The notes: a model not told the origin generated them from the letters alone. A DNA stretch of 64,000 bases from an uncultured Nitrospiraceae bacterium (GCA_963706325.1 CAVPLT010000001.1:288001-352000); one strand, 5' to 3'. Shown: positions 50,601-59,209, numbered from the stretch's first letter. A program made the numbers and translations.

Positions 50601-52440
50601 ATGCTGTCTCTGAAGGGTCGGCAGGCGGCGTGGAAGTCGACGCCGATCCCGCGCGCCCATCAATAGCAGTAACGTCCTCGCTCTCTGCGGTCGACTGAGA
50701 CTGCGCAAGAGCGGGATCGGTCTGCATCGCGGCAACCGCCGTCAGAATATCTTCCCATGAGAGCCCTGACGAAGAGGTAAATGAGGAAGTGGCGGTGGGG
50801 GGATCCGCGGGTGTCCCGGCATCGAGTGCGTGATCCGTCGCGAAGAGTTCCTGGCTCAGCGGCGCTTCCACTATTCCTGCATCACCCTGTACTTCGGCTT
50901 CTGAAATCACTGGCGCTGGTGTCTCTTCAACTTGGTCCCAGGGCATTGAGACCGGGCTCATCGGCGCTTCTGTGATGGGGTGAACACTGGCAGTTCTCAG
51001 CACCTCAATCGTTGGAGAGGATGGCTCCTCAATCGCTAGTGGGGATCGCTCAGTCTCTTCGGTTGGCGCAGACACCACCTCATTCCCCGTCGGCCCGTCA
51101 CAGCCTCCCACCATTGAACTTCCCGTAACCGCCGCATCAACCTGGTCCATAGTCATACCAGCGAGACTTTCTGGACGCTGCTCAACCGGGGGGGACCCTT
51201 CTACCGGCATCTCGATCACTGGTTCCGGAATCCTAGCGACCGGAGGAGGAGGATCGGGGCACCCTGATAATGCTGGAAGCACCTCGGCAACGGTCGAAGC
51301 CTGACTCTCTGCTGTCAACGAATACTCGGGAGCTGCATCTTCAATCTGATCCCATAGCATCGGGGCTGAGTTCTGCGGTTTTTCTGTAATCGAATGGGTG
51401 TTACCCAAGGATTGCGCTTCAATGGCTGTCTTCGAATCCTCCGCCGCCGACGCTGTAGCGCACGCCGAATCGAGTATCGGAACTCCGTTCTGCGCGGTGA
51501 CTTGAGTCGGCTCTGTCGTTCTAGACACGGACGACGACGATAACGGCTCAGAGGGTCTCTGAAACCTCATCGCCATAGATGATTCTTCGACCCGGATGGT
51601 CGTCTGATCGGTGGCGATCTCTTGTCCCACAATCTCGGTAATTGAATCCCCTATGGCGAAGGGGACATCCGCGGCTATCCCATCGATCGAACCTTCTGTC
51701 GGTGGAATCGGGGCCCCGGCTGCAGGAATCGTCTCCGGCGGCGAATCCATTTGTTCCCATGGCATGGCGCCCGCTACCGTATGGTCGGCAAGCGACTCGG
51801 CAGGTACGGCGGTCTGGGGAAGGTCGCGCTCCGACTCAGCCGCCGCAGGCTGAGGAATGGCCTGCAATATCTGCCCCGTGACGGTATCGAACATGGCCGC
51901 AAAGCGGAAGGCAACCGGACTTCCTGGAGCGATGGATCGAATTCGGCCGAACAATTCTCCCGCCCGGTTCGGATGGTCTGTGTCCGGGTCTTCCAACAGG
52001 ACTTCAAGCGCCTTTCCGTACTCTGCTACCGCCGCCATGACGTCGCCCTTATCCTCATACACGCGTCCCAGCATTTCCAGGAACGGTACACAGCGGGGCC
52101 CTGCCGTCAGGTATTCACGCAAGAGGGATTCGGCCAGCCAATAGTCCTGGCGCTCCATCGCCTCACGAGCCAGCGATTCGAACGCGGTCCGCGCACTCAT
52201 GAGGCTTCCAAGTCGCAGGTGGAGAGTGGCGAAGAGTCGCCGAGCTTCGGCATTGAGCGGATCGAGCGCGAGCAAGTCCTTCAGCACTGTAGAGGCTCGA
52301 CCATACTTGCCGGCGTTCATTTGTGTAATGGCATCTTCGAGCAACGCCGACTTCTTGTTGTAGCCGATGGCGCCCTTTTTTTGGACTTTCGAAGGGGTCT
52401 TCTTATCTGATTTGAGAGGAGTTTTTTTATCGGATCGCAC
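47671..52440 (-). CDS. large TPR membrane protein with acidic Pro-rich linker
   Basis: N-terminal TPR-like helices, about 900-aa low-complexity linker, hydrophobic TM region, C-terminal globular domain. Confidence 0.85.
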   Translation of the reverse strand: MRSDKKTPLKSDKKTPSKVQKKGAIGYNKKSALLEDAITQMNAGKYGRASTVLKDLLALDPLNAEARRLFATLHLRLGSLMSARTAFESLAREAMERQDYWLAESLLREYLTAGPRCVPFLEMLGRVYEDKGDVMAAVAEYGKALEVLLEDPDTDHPNRAGELFGRIRSIAPGSPVAFRFAAMFDTVTGQILQAIPQPAAAESERDLPQTAVPAESLADHTVAGAMPWEQMDSPPETIPAAGAPIPPTEGSIDGIAADVPFAIGDSITEIVGQEIATDQTTIRVEESSMAMRFQRPSEPLSSSSVSRTTEPTQVTAQNGVPILDSACATASAAEDSKTAIEAQSLGNTHSITEKPQNSAPMLWDQIEDAAPEYSLTAESQASTVAEVLPALSGCPDPPPPVARIPEPVIEMPVEGSPPVEQRPESLAGMTMDQVDAAVTGSSMVGGCDGPTGNEVVSAPTEETERSPLAIEEPSSPTIEVLRTASVHPITEAPMSPVSMPWDQVEETPAPVISEAEVQGDAGIVEAPLSQELFATDHALDAGTPADPPTATSSFTSSSGLSWEDILTAVAAMQTDPALAQSQSTAESEDVTAIDGRAGSASTSTPPADPSETAWLSLAPPPLESLASLASDSPPLSAPMPWEQIEVEDVTIPRQDPEPEFGPVSTDVGDSAQDATVVLPAEEDGRASVSAMPLLADETVVDSAIRIETPSTPEFRILALDAPIELHQQPIPIHIPAEAVEPVEGSIVAEVFEPELPVEARNDSPVERPLRLAGSEARATLDQEQPAPVSAESLMEVVVAPLLDMPTPSMEQAAAQQGPAPLAEPFEVLASEPLALVPQALVQMTVPEPTVQATAPEAAAPSPASPFTADQTVLHAAAASEIVSSEADDVAPVSNAETSPLLAQDYARMPEAIVFDADAPPLSEEAVPEGEVSVVSGISAAEPLPPLSPAVPDGGRADEPDRPFNDSSRAAEMAHRAESLDVPGESPAVEPPSDAPVSMATPEATSEATAEAGPLILWDDSLSRPMPSASTGNMLARWLSKSKDVAPAEASQATMMPQECLSLLAPSMEKRSEMTALPTDHLVEQSDESTSLPADQPALRKQPSKPAAGQACRHIGRAVASLIGAGVSTTQSLVVFLVALVGAALMLVAGTVGALALTWLALEEQPNSAYRTMTSVPQHTLQDSQKNGYFILLGFGALPAEDAMQVGIDRRVEDADRALAHACLSNEGNGSGLQQGASPAVIAKWMKTSDPAAQMRAEAVGVKAWVSQAGVATGRYRQWLTKPFEDWGFGKPVSPNCSVILYAHRLYVAEGFAQDVEMGVARLESDLTAWRTVLGQAKTMPVKMLASDALNDDIAVASGLLLRPDLDDRLISRLAKLVRPLDQAEQSIRWPMQSQFVLAAQTLEQTMNHDATDNRPFYGSVAAVLPLPKQRRFNAYAQYYEAAGAAGAEGRYADLPKQFQFVRTPPYGLTDLIMNPIESLVGVDLLPAWETYAGRVMETDARFRLASLQSWLRRTPPEQDLLTRVAKAGQGLYDPFTGLPMLINMKKRLFYSVGRDMRDNDAQDRFDVVVQIPPTAWAGGRRMAEVNNDK

Positions 52441-52990
52441 GGTATAGCCTTAGAAACGTTAGGTTTTTTCAACGACTGATGTTGTTTGTCGGGGCACTGC
52501 CAGGAGCAACTTGCTAGGGCATGACCACGGCCGCAGGAAAAGAAAAAACCCTCCGAATGGGAGCAAAATGGGTGCCTTACCCACTGTATGGTTCTCCTTA
52601 GTGCCGGACCTCACTGAGAGGAGGGAATGAGCACCGTTCTCCCCTGCATGTCAATATTCCGACAAGGGATCTGATATGGCCATGTGTTTATTCTTTTCGG
52701 CATTACCTGGCTCGATCTTAATTGGGGGTTCACCTGAGTCAGAGAGGGCACAGGACGGCGCATTTCCTCAAAGCTGAGAGTAGGCCGGCAGCGTTATGCC
52801 ACGTTCAAAAGGATTATAAGGAGGGGGGCGCGGATGAAGCACTTGGTGTGAGGCGGCCACGGGGAGGAGGCGGGGCGCGTACAACGGTGAATCAGGAGAA
52901 CCTGGCGACTGCGCCTCGCTGGGCGCCTGAACAGCCGTTTATTGATCAAGGAAAGTTCCGTATACTCCGCTCAAAGGATTCGCCTTGCCT

Positions 52991-53815
52991 ATGCGACGAA
53001 TTATTATCTTTACAGATCTCGACGGGAGCCTGCTCGACGCCACCAGGTATTCGTTCGACGCTGCGAAGGCTGCCCTTTCTCTCATTGAGAGGCTCGGCGC
53101 AGCGCTGATTTTAGTTTCCAGTAAGACCCGGGCAGAAATGGAACCGCTTCGCCTGCGGCTGAATTATTTCCATCCCTTTATCGTGGAGAACGGCGGGGCG
53201 CTCTTTGTCCCGAAGGGCTACTTTCCGTTTCCGATCGAGGGCTCGACTCCCAATGGGGAATATGAGGTCGTCGTCATTGGAGAACCCTATGACGCCCTGC
53301 GGGCAGCCCTGAAGGAAATCGGTCAAGAGTTGGGTTGTCGCCTGCAGGGATTTGGAGATCTCTCCATCGAAGATATCGCGCGGCTCACCGAATTGTCACC
53401 TGCCGATGCAGCCCTGGCCACACAGCGAGAGTACGATGAACCATTTGTGGCTATGGAGGGCGAGATCGCGTGGAGTCGTCTTCTAAAGGCAGCGGAGGCA
53501 CGCGGCTTACAATGTACGCGAGGAGGACGGTTCTACCACTTGATGGGATCGAACGATAAGGGCATCGCGAGCCAACGGCTCATGGCTTGGTATAGACGTC
53601 TCGCGAGACATGATGGGCAGGGGATGATCACGATCGGGATCGGAGACAGTCTCAACGATCTCCCCATGCTGAGAGTGGTGGATTGTCCCATCCTCGTCCA
53701 GAAACCTGACCGTTCCTACGATCCGGACGTGCAGCTGCCCCACCTCATCCGAGCCGACGGGGTTGGCCCGGTGGGATGGAATCGAAGCCTCATGGATCTC
53801 TTGCCTACTCTCTGA
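52991..53815 (+). CDS. mannosyl/glucosyl-3-phosphoglycerate phosphatase (HAD-IIB, MpgP-like)
   Basis: FTDLDGSLLD, SSKTRAE, PFIVENGG, REYDEPF, GGRFYH, GDSLNDLPML. Confidence 0.93.
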   Translation: MRRIIIFTDLDGSLLDATRYSFDAAKAALSLIERLGAALILVSSKTRAEMEPLRLRLNYFHPFIVENGGALFVPKGYFPFPIEGSTPNGEYEVVVIGEPYDALRAALKEIGQELGCRLQGFGDLSIEDIARLTELSPADAALATQREYDEPFVAMEGEIAWSRLLKAAEARGLQCTRGGRFYHLMGSNDKGIASQRLMAWYRRLARHDGQGMITIGIGDSLNDLPMLRVVDCPILVQKPDRSYDPDVQLPHLIRADGVGPVGWNRSLMDLLPTL

Positions 53816-53870
53816 CGAGGGGCTAACTGACACTCCCGTACCACCCTGAGCCATCGCAATGATTGACGCA

Positions 53871-54092
53871 CTACACCCTCTTCCGCGACGTTTCGGGACG
53901 TCGACGACACTGCAGGCCTAAGAAAATCCCACCGGCGAAACCTAGTCCTGCGGCGAGTGCCACAAGGCTCACCAGGGATCCATTGAATGTAAACGGGCGA
54001 CGGTGTTGCGGATAACGGGGAACCGAGGCTTCTCCTCCCAACCAGCGACGCGCCTTGGCCTCTGCGTCGACGTCCGAGATATGCTTATTCAT
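53871..54092 (-). CDS. small membrane protein
   Basis: AAGGA RBS, single C-terminal TM, downstream of the channel gene. Confidence 0.5.
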   Translation of the reverse strand: MNKHISDVDAEAKARRWLGGEASVPRYPQHRRPFTFNGSLVSLVALAAGLGFAGGIFLGLQCRRRPETSRKRV

Positions 54093-54134
54093 GCCATGTC
54101 CTTTGATCCTCGAATTCCCAACCACAGCCACATC

Positions 54135-54842
54135 CTATAGATGGCGCAAGTCATCTGGCGCTCCGTCGGGTGAGCGAATGGAGAGCCCACGCTCGAGATA
54201 ATCCTTGGCCAAATCTTTTGCGCCCAGCCCAAACGCGATTGCCCCGGCCAGGACAATCCCTCCGAGCGTAATGCCGAAACCTACGACCACGATATTCTGG
54301 GCAATGCCAAGCTGCTCCAGCGCCATGGCGACGGCCAGTAATTGAATGCCCCAGCGGGAACAGGTGGCCACAAGCCGGGCGGGAGGGAGCCCGGCGTTCA
54401 CCGCTGCAATCAACACCGCCTGCGACACAAAGTTCGACAACAACCAGCCGGCGACGAGAATAAGTCCCCCCGTCACGAGATGGGGGACATAGGCCAGGAA
54501 GGACTTGGCAAAATCATTGATCGGCTGGAGATTGAGCGCCCCCAAGGCAGCGACGGTCGCAAAAATCATAACCAGCCAATAGGCGGCTTGCCCCACCAAC
54601 CGCGAGGGATCCGTTTTAACGCCCCCGCGTAACAGTGCGCCCGTGACCCCCAAGCGGTCGAAGAGCCGGTCTAGCCCGATCACCCGCAGCAACCGCTCCA
54701 GAGCCTGACTGGCTGTCCATGCCACCAGCAGCCCAGCAAAGAAAATGATGGACATTGCTAAGAGGCTCGGCAAGACCGCGAGTACCTGTCTCGCCATCAA
54801 CTCCAAAGGATCGAGCAGACCCTTTTCAAAAAATTCTTTCAT
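54135..54842 (-). CDS. mechanosensitive channel TM-helix (CmpX-like) membrane protein
   Basis: Two LP.L..A..I...G repeats, ALEQLGI, AIAFGLG..D.A. Confidence 0.88.
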   Translation of the reverse strand: MKEFFEKGLLDPLELMARQVLAVLPSLLAMSIIFFAGLLVAWTASQALERLLRVIGLDRLFDRLGVTGALLRGGVKTDPSRLVGQAAYWLVMIFATVAALGALNLQPINDFAKSFLAYVPHLVTGGLILVAGWLLSNFVSQAVLIAAVNAGLPPARLVATCSRWGIQLLAVAMALEQLGIAQNIVVVGFGITLGGIVLAGAIAFGLGAKDLAKDYLERGLSIRSPDGAPDDLRHL

Positions 54843-54898
54843 ATTCCCTCCTCCGGCTTCTACCGCAGCCTGCCTTCAGATGGATCGAATCGCAAGCC

Positions 54899-56200
54899 TC
54901 ATCCGGCGTGGGGTTCATTCCACCGCGCCACCAAATAGGACTTGTCCTTTTCAAAAGCCTGGCTCAGCGCTTCGATGCGCCCTTCGGCTTCGCTCGACGT
55001 GAGTCCTTGCGTATCCAACACGAACGAGGCGGTCCGCCCGAGATATAAGGGGGTGAACGCCTTCAACACGTGATCGCGTGGGAGCACCCGATTTCGATAG
55101 GCGACGGCCGCATCATAGACGACTCGCGCCCACAGATTGTCAGGGATTCTGAACTCCTGCAAGGAACAGGTCCCCAAGAGGCGCAGACTCTGTCTGGTCC
55201 CCGGCGCCAAAATCTGGTCCCAAATCACGCCCAGATCGCTCAAGCCTTGCCGAAACGTGCTGATCATGCGATCGACGTTGACGTTAACCGGCTCGACCCC
55301 CACTTCATACTGAAATCCGAACAGCGGCACCGCGTTTGAGCCCTCGGTTTTAGCCCAGACAGCATAATGCTCTTCCATCAGCGCGAAGACGGCGCCGAGC
55401 ACCTGAACCAACATGGCCGACAAGTCCGCAGCGGGATCTTTCGGATTGTGAATTTTCGCGCCGAGAAAACTTTGGCAGACCCGAGCGCCGCTGGCAATGG
55501 CTTCCGTCGTCATCCAGATGTCGATGCCGAACTTGGCAACTTCCGACTCCCAAACATGTTTGTCCAAATAGTGCTGAGCCAACGGACCTGAAAAGCCGAA
55601 ATCTCCGCCGATCGGTTGCCTGATTCGATGGCCGTAGAGTGTTCGCGTCAGTGGGTACACGATACTGTTCGTGATGGTCCCATCGTACTTGTGACGCAAA
55701 TAGTAAGGCGCCACATAGTCGAACCCCTGCTCGAACACCGGACTCACCAGCAGTTCAATCCATTCCGGTGTGATACTTCGCAGATCTGAATCCACCACCG
55801 CGCAGGCTTTGGCTTTCAAGCGACGGGCGATTTCGAAAATGGTGCGAAATGCGCTCCCCTTCCCGGGGATGCCGTGATATGGCGTGATGATTTTATGGAG
55901 CGAGCTCTGCTGATCACCGATAAAAAGCGTTTTCAAATCGACCACGGCCTGCGCAACCACATCCTGCGTGCCGTCCGTCGAGCCACCGTCCGAATTGACT
56001 AAGACGGCGCGGGCTTGGGGGAAATATTTTGCCAGACCGGCGCTGACCGCCCTGACGACATGCCCGATCGTTTCAACATTGTTGAAACTGGGAATCCCGA
56101 CCAAAATGTCCGTGTGGGCGAATTGGTCGACCTGCGCTTCGGTTTCGGGGGTCAGGGGGGCGGTATGGGCAGCGTCAGAAACGTTAGGAGCAGGCGTCAT
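54899..56200 (-). CDS. GT-A glycosyltransferase, glucosylglycerate/mannosylglycerate synthase-like
   Basis: VGIPSFNN, NSDGGSTDGT, GKGSA, VDSDLRSI, RHKYDGTITN, RQPIGGDF, FGIDIW. Confidence 0.88.
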   Translation of the reverse strand: MTPAPNVSDAAHTAPLTPETEAQVDQFAHTDILVGIPSFNNVETIGHVVRAVSAGLAKYFPQARAVLVNSDGGSTDGTQDVVAQAVVDLKTLFIGDQQSSLHKIITPYHGIPGKGSAFRTIFEIARRLKAKACAVVDSDLRSITPEWIELLVSPVFEQGFDYVAPYYLRHKYDGTITNSIVYPLTRTLYGHRIRQPIGGDFGFSGPLAQHYLDKHVWESEVAKFGIDIWMTTEAIASGARVCQSFLGAKIHNPKDPAADLSAMLVQVLGAVFALMEEHYAVWAKTEGSNAVPLFGFQYEVGVEPVNVNVDRMISTFRQGLSDLGVIWDQILAPGTRQSLRLLGTCSLQEFRIPDNLWARVVYDAAVAYRNRVLPRDHVLKAFTPLYLGRTASFVLDTQGLTSSEAEGRIEALSQAFEKDKSYLVARWNEPHAG

Positions 56201-56432
56201 GGATTGATTCTCGTACGCCTCCGCCTCATGACCTGTCTATGACATAGAAAACTGGGTTGGCGAAAGGCCGGTGTGTGTCACACTGACTCTAAGCGTAAGA
56301 GACACCATCTCGCATGAAGATGTCAAGCAATCACGACCCAAAGATGCGTCGAAATAGCGTGATGCGCCGGTGTGAAAGACGCGTGATTGACGTGCAGGAA
56401 CAAGCGGCGGGAATGAGGACGGCGCAATGTCG

Positions 56433-56798
56433 CTATCCGCCGTCGGATATCACGATCTGTTCATTCCGATCCAAACTGAACGACGGAAACAGATCGTGGG
56501 CATTGACGTAATTGCTGAGCCGAAGTTGGTCGTCGGCGTCCATTAGAATAGGGTCGACCCCCAACCTCGACTCGTTCGCCCAGCGTATCGTCGCAAGTCT
56601 TACCGAGAGGGGCTTAGACTCCCCTGGGATGTGCAGATGCAACTGGAGCAGATCCCCGGCTTGTAAGCCTTTGAGTCCGGTTCGTGACCAGCCTGGGATG
56701 GAGAGATCGAGCATCCGACCGTTCCAAATGAGGAGACCGTCTTCGGAACGCGATCCGGTGCACTCAACGATAAAGCGTGGGCGACTCTGTTGTTCCAT
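56433..56798 (-). CDS. PilZ domain protein (degenerate RxxxR)
   Basis: SRPRF, DLSIPG, ATIRW....LGV. Confidence 0.75.
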   Translation of the reverse strand: MEQQSRPRFIVECTGSRSEDGLLIWNGRMLDLSIPGWSRTGLKGLQAGDLLQLHLHIPGESKPLSVRLATIRWANESRLGVDPILMDADDQLRLSNYVNAHDLFPSFSLDRNEQIVISDGG

Positions 56799-57015
56799 CC
56801 ATTTCCCCAAGCACACACTTGGGGAGAATATGAAAAACAATGGATACGCTGATAGTCCCCGAAAGTGGGGGATGAAAAGTCATGCTCTGTGTTCGGTTAC
56901 GAGGGGCCACGGAACCGACACGAATTACGATGGGTAGTACGACGAACCGGGTGAGGTTACGATCGAAAAATCGCGAACCACACACCACGAAGAGTTCGGA
57001 ATGGAAGAGCGATGG

Positions 57016-57363
57016 TCACGCCGCCGAGGGGGAATCCGATGCTGGCCCGAGCATCGAGTCCACAAACTTGCGGATGCGCGCTTCAGCAGCGGCGTTCATA
57101 TGTACAATTTCAAGACCAAACTGGCGTCCATTCACCCACTGCACCAGCACTCCTTCAATATCGATGGCTCTGGGCTGGTCAGGCAAAAAAACTCGCAAGG
57201 TAAGTTTCATGCCGACCGTCACAGGCTTGTCCCCCTCGATTCGCCACCCTTTTGCGGAAAGATCGCAGACCTCACCGGTCCCGACCAGGCCCTCTCCCAA
57301 GTAATAGAGAAAACAACTGACCGGCACACGCGAATGCGAACGATTTGAATGTGGTGTGGCCAT
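57016..57363 (-). CDS. PilZ domain protein
   Basis: RSHSR, DLSAKG, VQWV.G.QFGL. Confidence 0.9.
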   Translation of the reverse strand: MATPHSNRSHSRVPVSCFLYYLGEGLVGTGEVCDLSAKGWRIEGDKPVTVGMKLTLRVFLPDQPRAIDIEGVLVQWVNGRQFGLEIVHMNAAAEARIRKFVDSMLGPASDSPSAA

Positions 57364-57514
57364 TGGTTCGTGACAAGACAGTGCACTTAACGAGATCCAT
57401 CTCGGCTACACTCCAGTCTACCCATCTGAGGAGTGAAGGGCCAAGAATATTCCCTTTCCCACCATAACCGGTGGAAAATGGACCAGAGTCGCAGGTGGCA
57501 AGGAGAAATTGCGG

Positions 57515-57895
57515 CTAGATGAGGGCCGTCACAAATTGTTCGAGGCGAGCATGCTCCTCGGCCTTAATCGAACTGACCGTGATACCGAACTCTTGCCCAC
57601 GCGACCAACAGACAGTTGCGCGATCAATAAAAACCGTCGGATGCTGACCGGGAAGGAAGATGCAGAGCGTAACCACCATGCCAGGCTCAACCGGGTGTGT
57701 CCCATCGATACGCCAGCCGTTGAGCGACAAGTTCCAAGCGATGCCGGTTCCTTGGAACTCGTTACTGGAGTAATAGACTGAACACTGAACGGGAAAACGG
57801 CGGAATGACCGCACATGAAACCTGGTACCCGCAGCTGCGCCTGGATGAAGTGACGCCAATGAAGAAGCCTGTTTGCTGCCACTGGCCATTGTCAT
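57515..57895 (-). CDS. PilZ domain protein
   Basis: RSFRR, NLSLNG, ATVCWSRG.EFG. Confidence 0.88.
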   Translation of the reverse strand: MTMASGSKQASSLASLHPGAAAGTRFHVRSFRRFPVQCSVYYSSNEFQGTGIAWNLSLNGWRIDGTHPVEPGMVVTLCIFLPGQHPTVFIDRATVCWSRGQEFGITVSSIKAEEHARLEQFVTALI

Positions 57896-57927
57896 TCCAC
57901 CAGAGTTGCGGTTGGGATGCCATGCGT

Positions 57928-57950
57928 TGGGGTGAGTGACGGGTTTCGAA
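57928..57950 (-). other. tRNA-His 3' fragment (att-like site)
   Basis: Minus strand TTCGAAA-CCCGT-CACTCAC-C-CCA matches T-loop, T-stem, acceptor strand, C73 discriminator and CCA; no 5' half upstream. Confidence 0.75.
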
Positions 57951-57995
57951 TTGCTTCCGACACCCCTGCCCGCGTTGAAAATCAAGCACTTACAT

Positions 57996-58052
57996 CTGCA
58001 AATTCGTGCAGAATCCCGCAAATCATACGCAAATCCGCAACCAGACGCAACC
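57996..58052. repeat. about 10-bp phased GCA(A/G) direct repeats next to the att-like site
   Basis: GCA(A/G) at 57998, 58008, 58018, 58029, 58037, 58047. Confidence 0.55.
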
Positions 58053-58174
58053 GCCCTTCCGATGGAGAAGGCGTCGCGCCTATGAATAAACGGAAGCCGT
58101 GATCGATGTGTCGCACTGATCAGCCGAACCCTCGAGTTGCGTAGTGATAATCACAAGGAGAGGTTGGTACAACT

Positions 58175-58786
58175 ATGAACAATGACGCGACGCGAACCTC
58201 AACTCTGACCACCAAAGAAGAAGCTTTCTGCCTAGCTGTCATGGCTGGGGGAAATCCGTCGAATGCTTACCGAATAGCATACAGACCCCAGCGGGCAAAG
58301 GCCAAAACCATTCATGAAATGACCTCGCGCCTCATGGCGAAACGCAAGCTTCGCGCAAGGTTGGCTGAGCTCATGCAGCCAGTGATTCAACAAGCGCGAA
58401 TAAGCCGCGAGGAATGGCTCGAACGAGTGGCTCGTATTTGCCTGGCCGATGTGCGCAAAATATTCGACTCGCATGGCAATCCGAAAGAAGTCACGGAACT
58501 CGACGAGAACGAGGCAGCGGCTATCGCAGCCTTCGAGTGCTGCGAAGACTTCGCCGGGAAGGGCGAGGAGCGCAGAGCGTGCGGTTATACACGAAGATTT
58601 AAGATGGCTGATAAGCTGAAAGCGTTGGAATTGTACGGCAAAGCCATGGGCTATTTTGTCGAACGTCAGGAGTTGACAAGAAAATCCGGCCCGCCGATTG
58701 TCCTCACAGTAAACTTTGTAGATCCGGAACACGCCCCAATGCTATCGGATGATCCCTCCAAGGCGTTGTCAGTCATTTCGCTTTGA
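58175..58786 (+). CDS. phage terminase small subunit
   Basis: LT.KEEAFC......N...AYR.AY, AD.RKIFD..G, K.ADKLKALELYGK.MG.F; AAGGAGAGG RBS. Confidence 0.85.
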   Translation: MNNDATRTSTLTTKEEAFCLAVMAGGNPSNAYRIAYRPQRAKAKTIHEMTSRLMAKRKLRARLAELMQPVIQQARISREEWLERVARICLADVRKIFDSHGNPKEVTELDENEAAAIAAFECCEDFAGKGEERRACGYTRRFKMADKLKALELYGKAMGYFVERQELTRKSGPPIVLTVNFVDPEHAPMLSDDPSKALSVISL

Positions 58787-58852
58787 AAGTTCCTCGAAGG
58801 CGGGCAAATTTTCCGAATTGTCTTCCGGGCGCCCCTGATGCTCGCATAAGAG

Positions 58853-58871
58853 TGGTGTCCCCAACGGGATT
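58853..58871 (-). other. tRNA (probably Glu) 3' fragment (att-like site)
   Basis: Minus strand AAT-CCCGT-TGGGGAC-A-CCA; implies a GTCCCCA 5' acceptor strand as in tRNA-Glu. Confidence 0.6.
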
Positions 58872-58987
58872 TTCCAAAGGGGAAGCCAAAATATGTGCTT
58901 TTCGATCGATGTTATAGCATTCGCTGCGTAGGAATTGAGCTATTAACGACGGTCGTAAAGGGCAAGCAAGTGCCGTCTTAGAGGTGC

Positions 58988-59209
58988 CTACCGATCCGTT
59001 TGAAGCGTGACAGGGAGTCGGGAATGGCTGAACTCAGTCCCTTCCGCTGCTCGCAACGGTTCTGTAAAGCAATGTTCGAGTAGGCTCCCGGCGTAGTATT
59101 TCACTAACGCAAGCTCCTCACCGGTCAACGGTTCATCAAGCAGAGCTGGGGACAACAGGGTCTCAGAGACGACGATGTACTCGTGAACTTCTTTTCTCAG
59201 TGGATTCAT
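58988..59209 (-). CDS. small hypothetical protein
   Basis: AAAGGGA RBS, amphipathic helical 73 aa. Confidence 0.6.
   Translation of the reverse strand: MNPLRKEVHEYIVVSETLLSPALLDEPLTGEELALVKYYAGSLLEHCFTEPLRAAEGTEFSHSRLPVTLQTDR

Noticed and set aside
52595..52615. AGGTCCGG...AAGGAG resemblance to SRP RNA or a c-di-GMP riboswitch
   Set aside because: Lacks the SRP GGAA tetraloop and AGCAG internal loop, and lacks GEMM consensus elements
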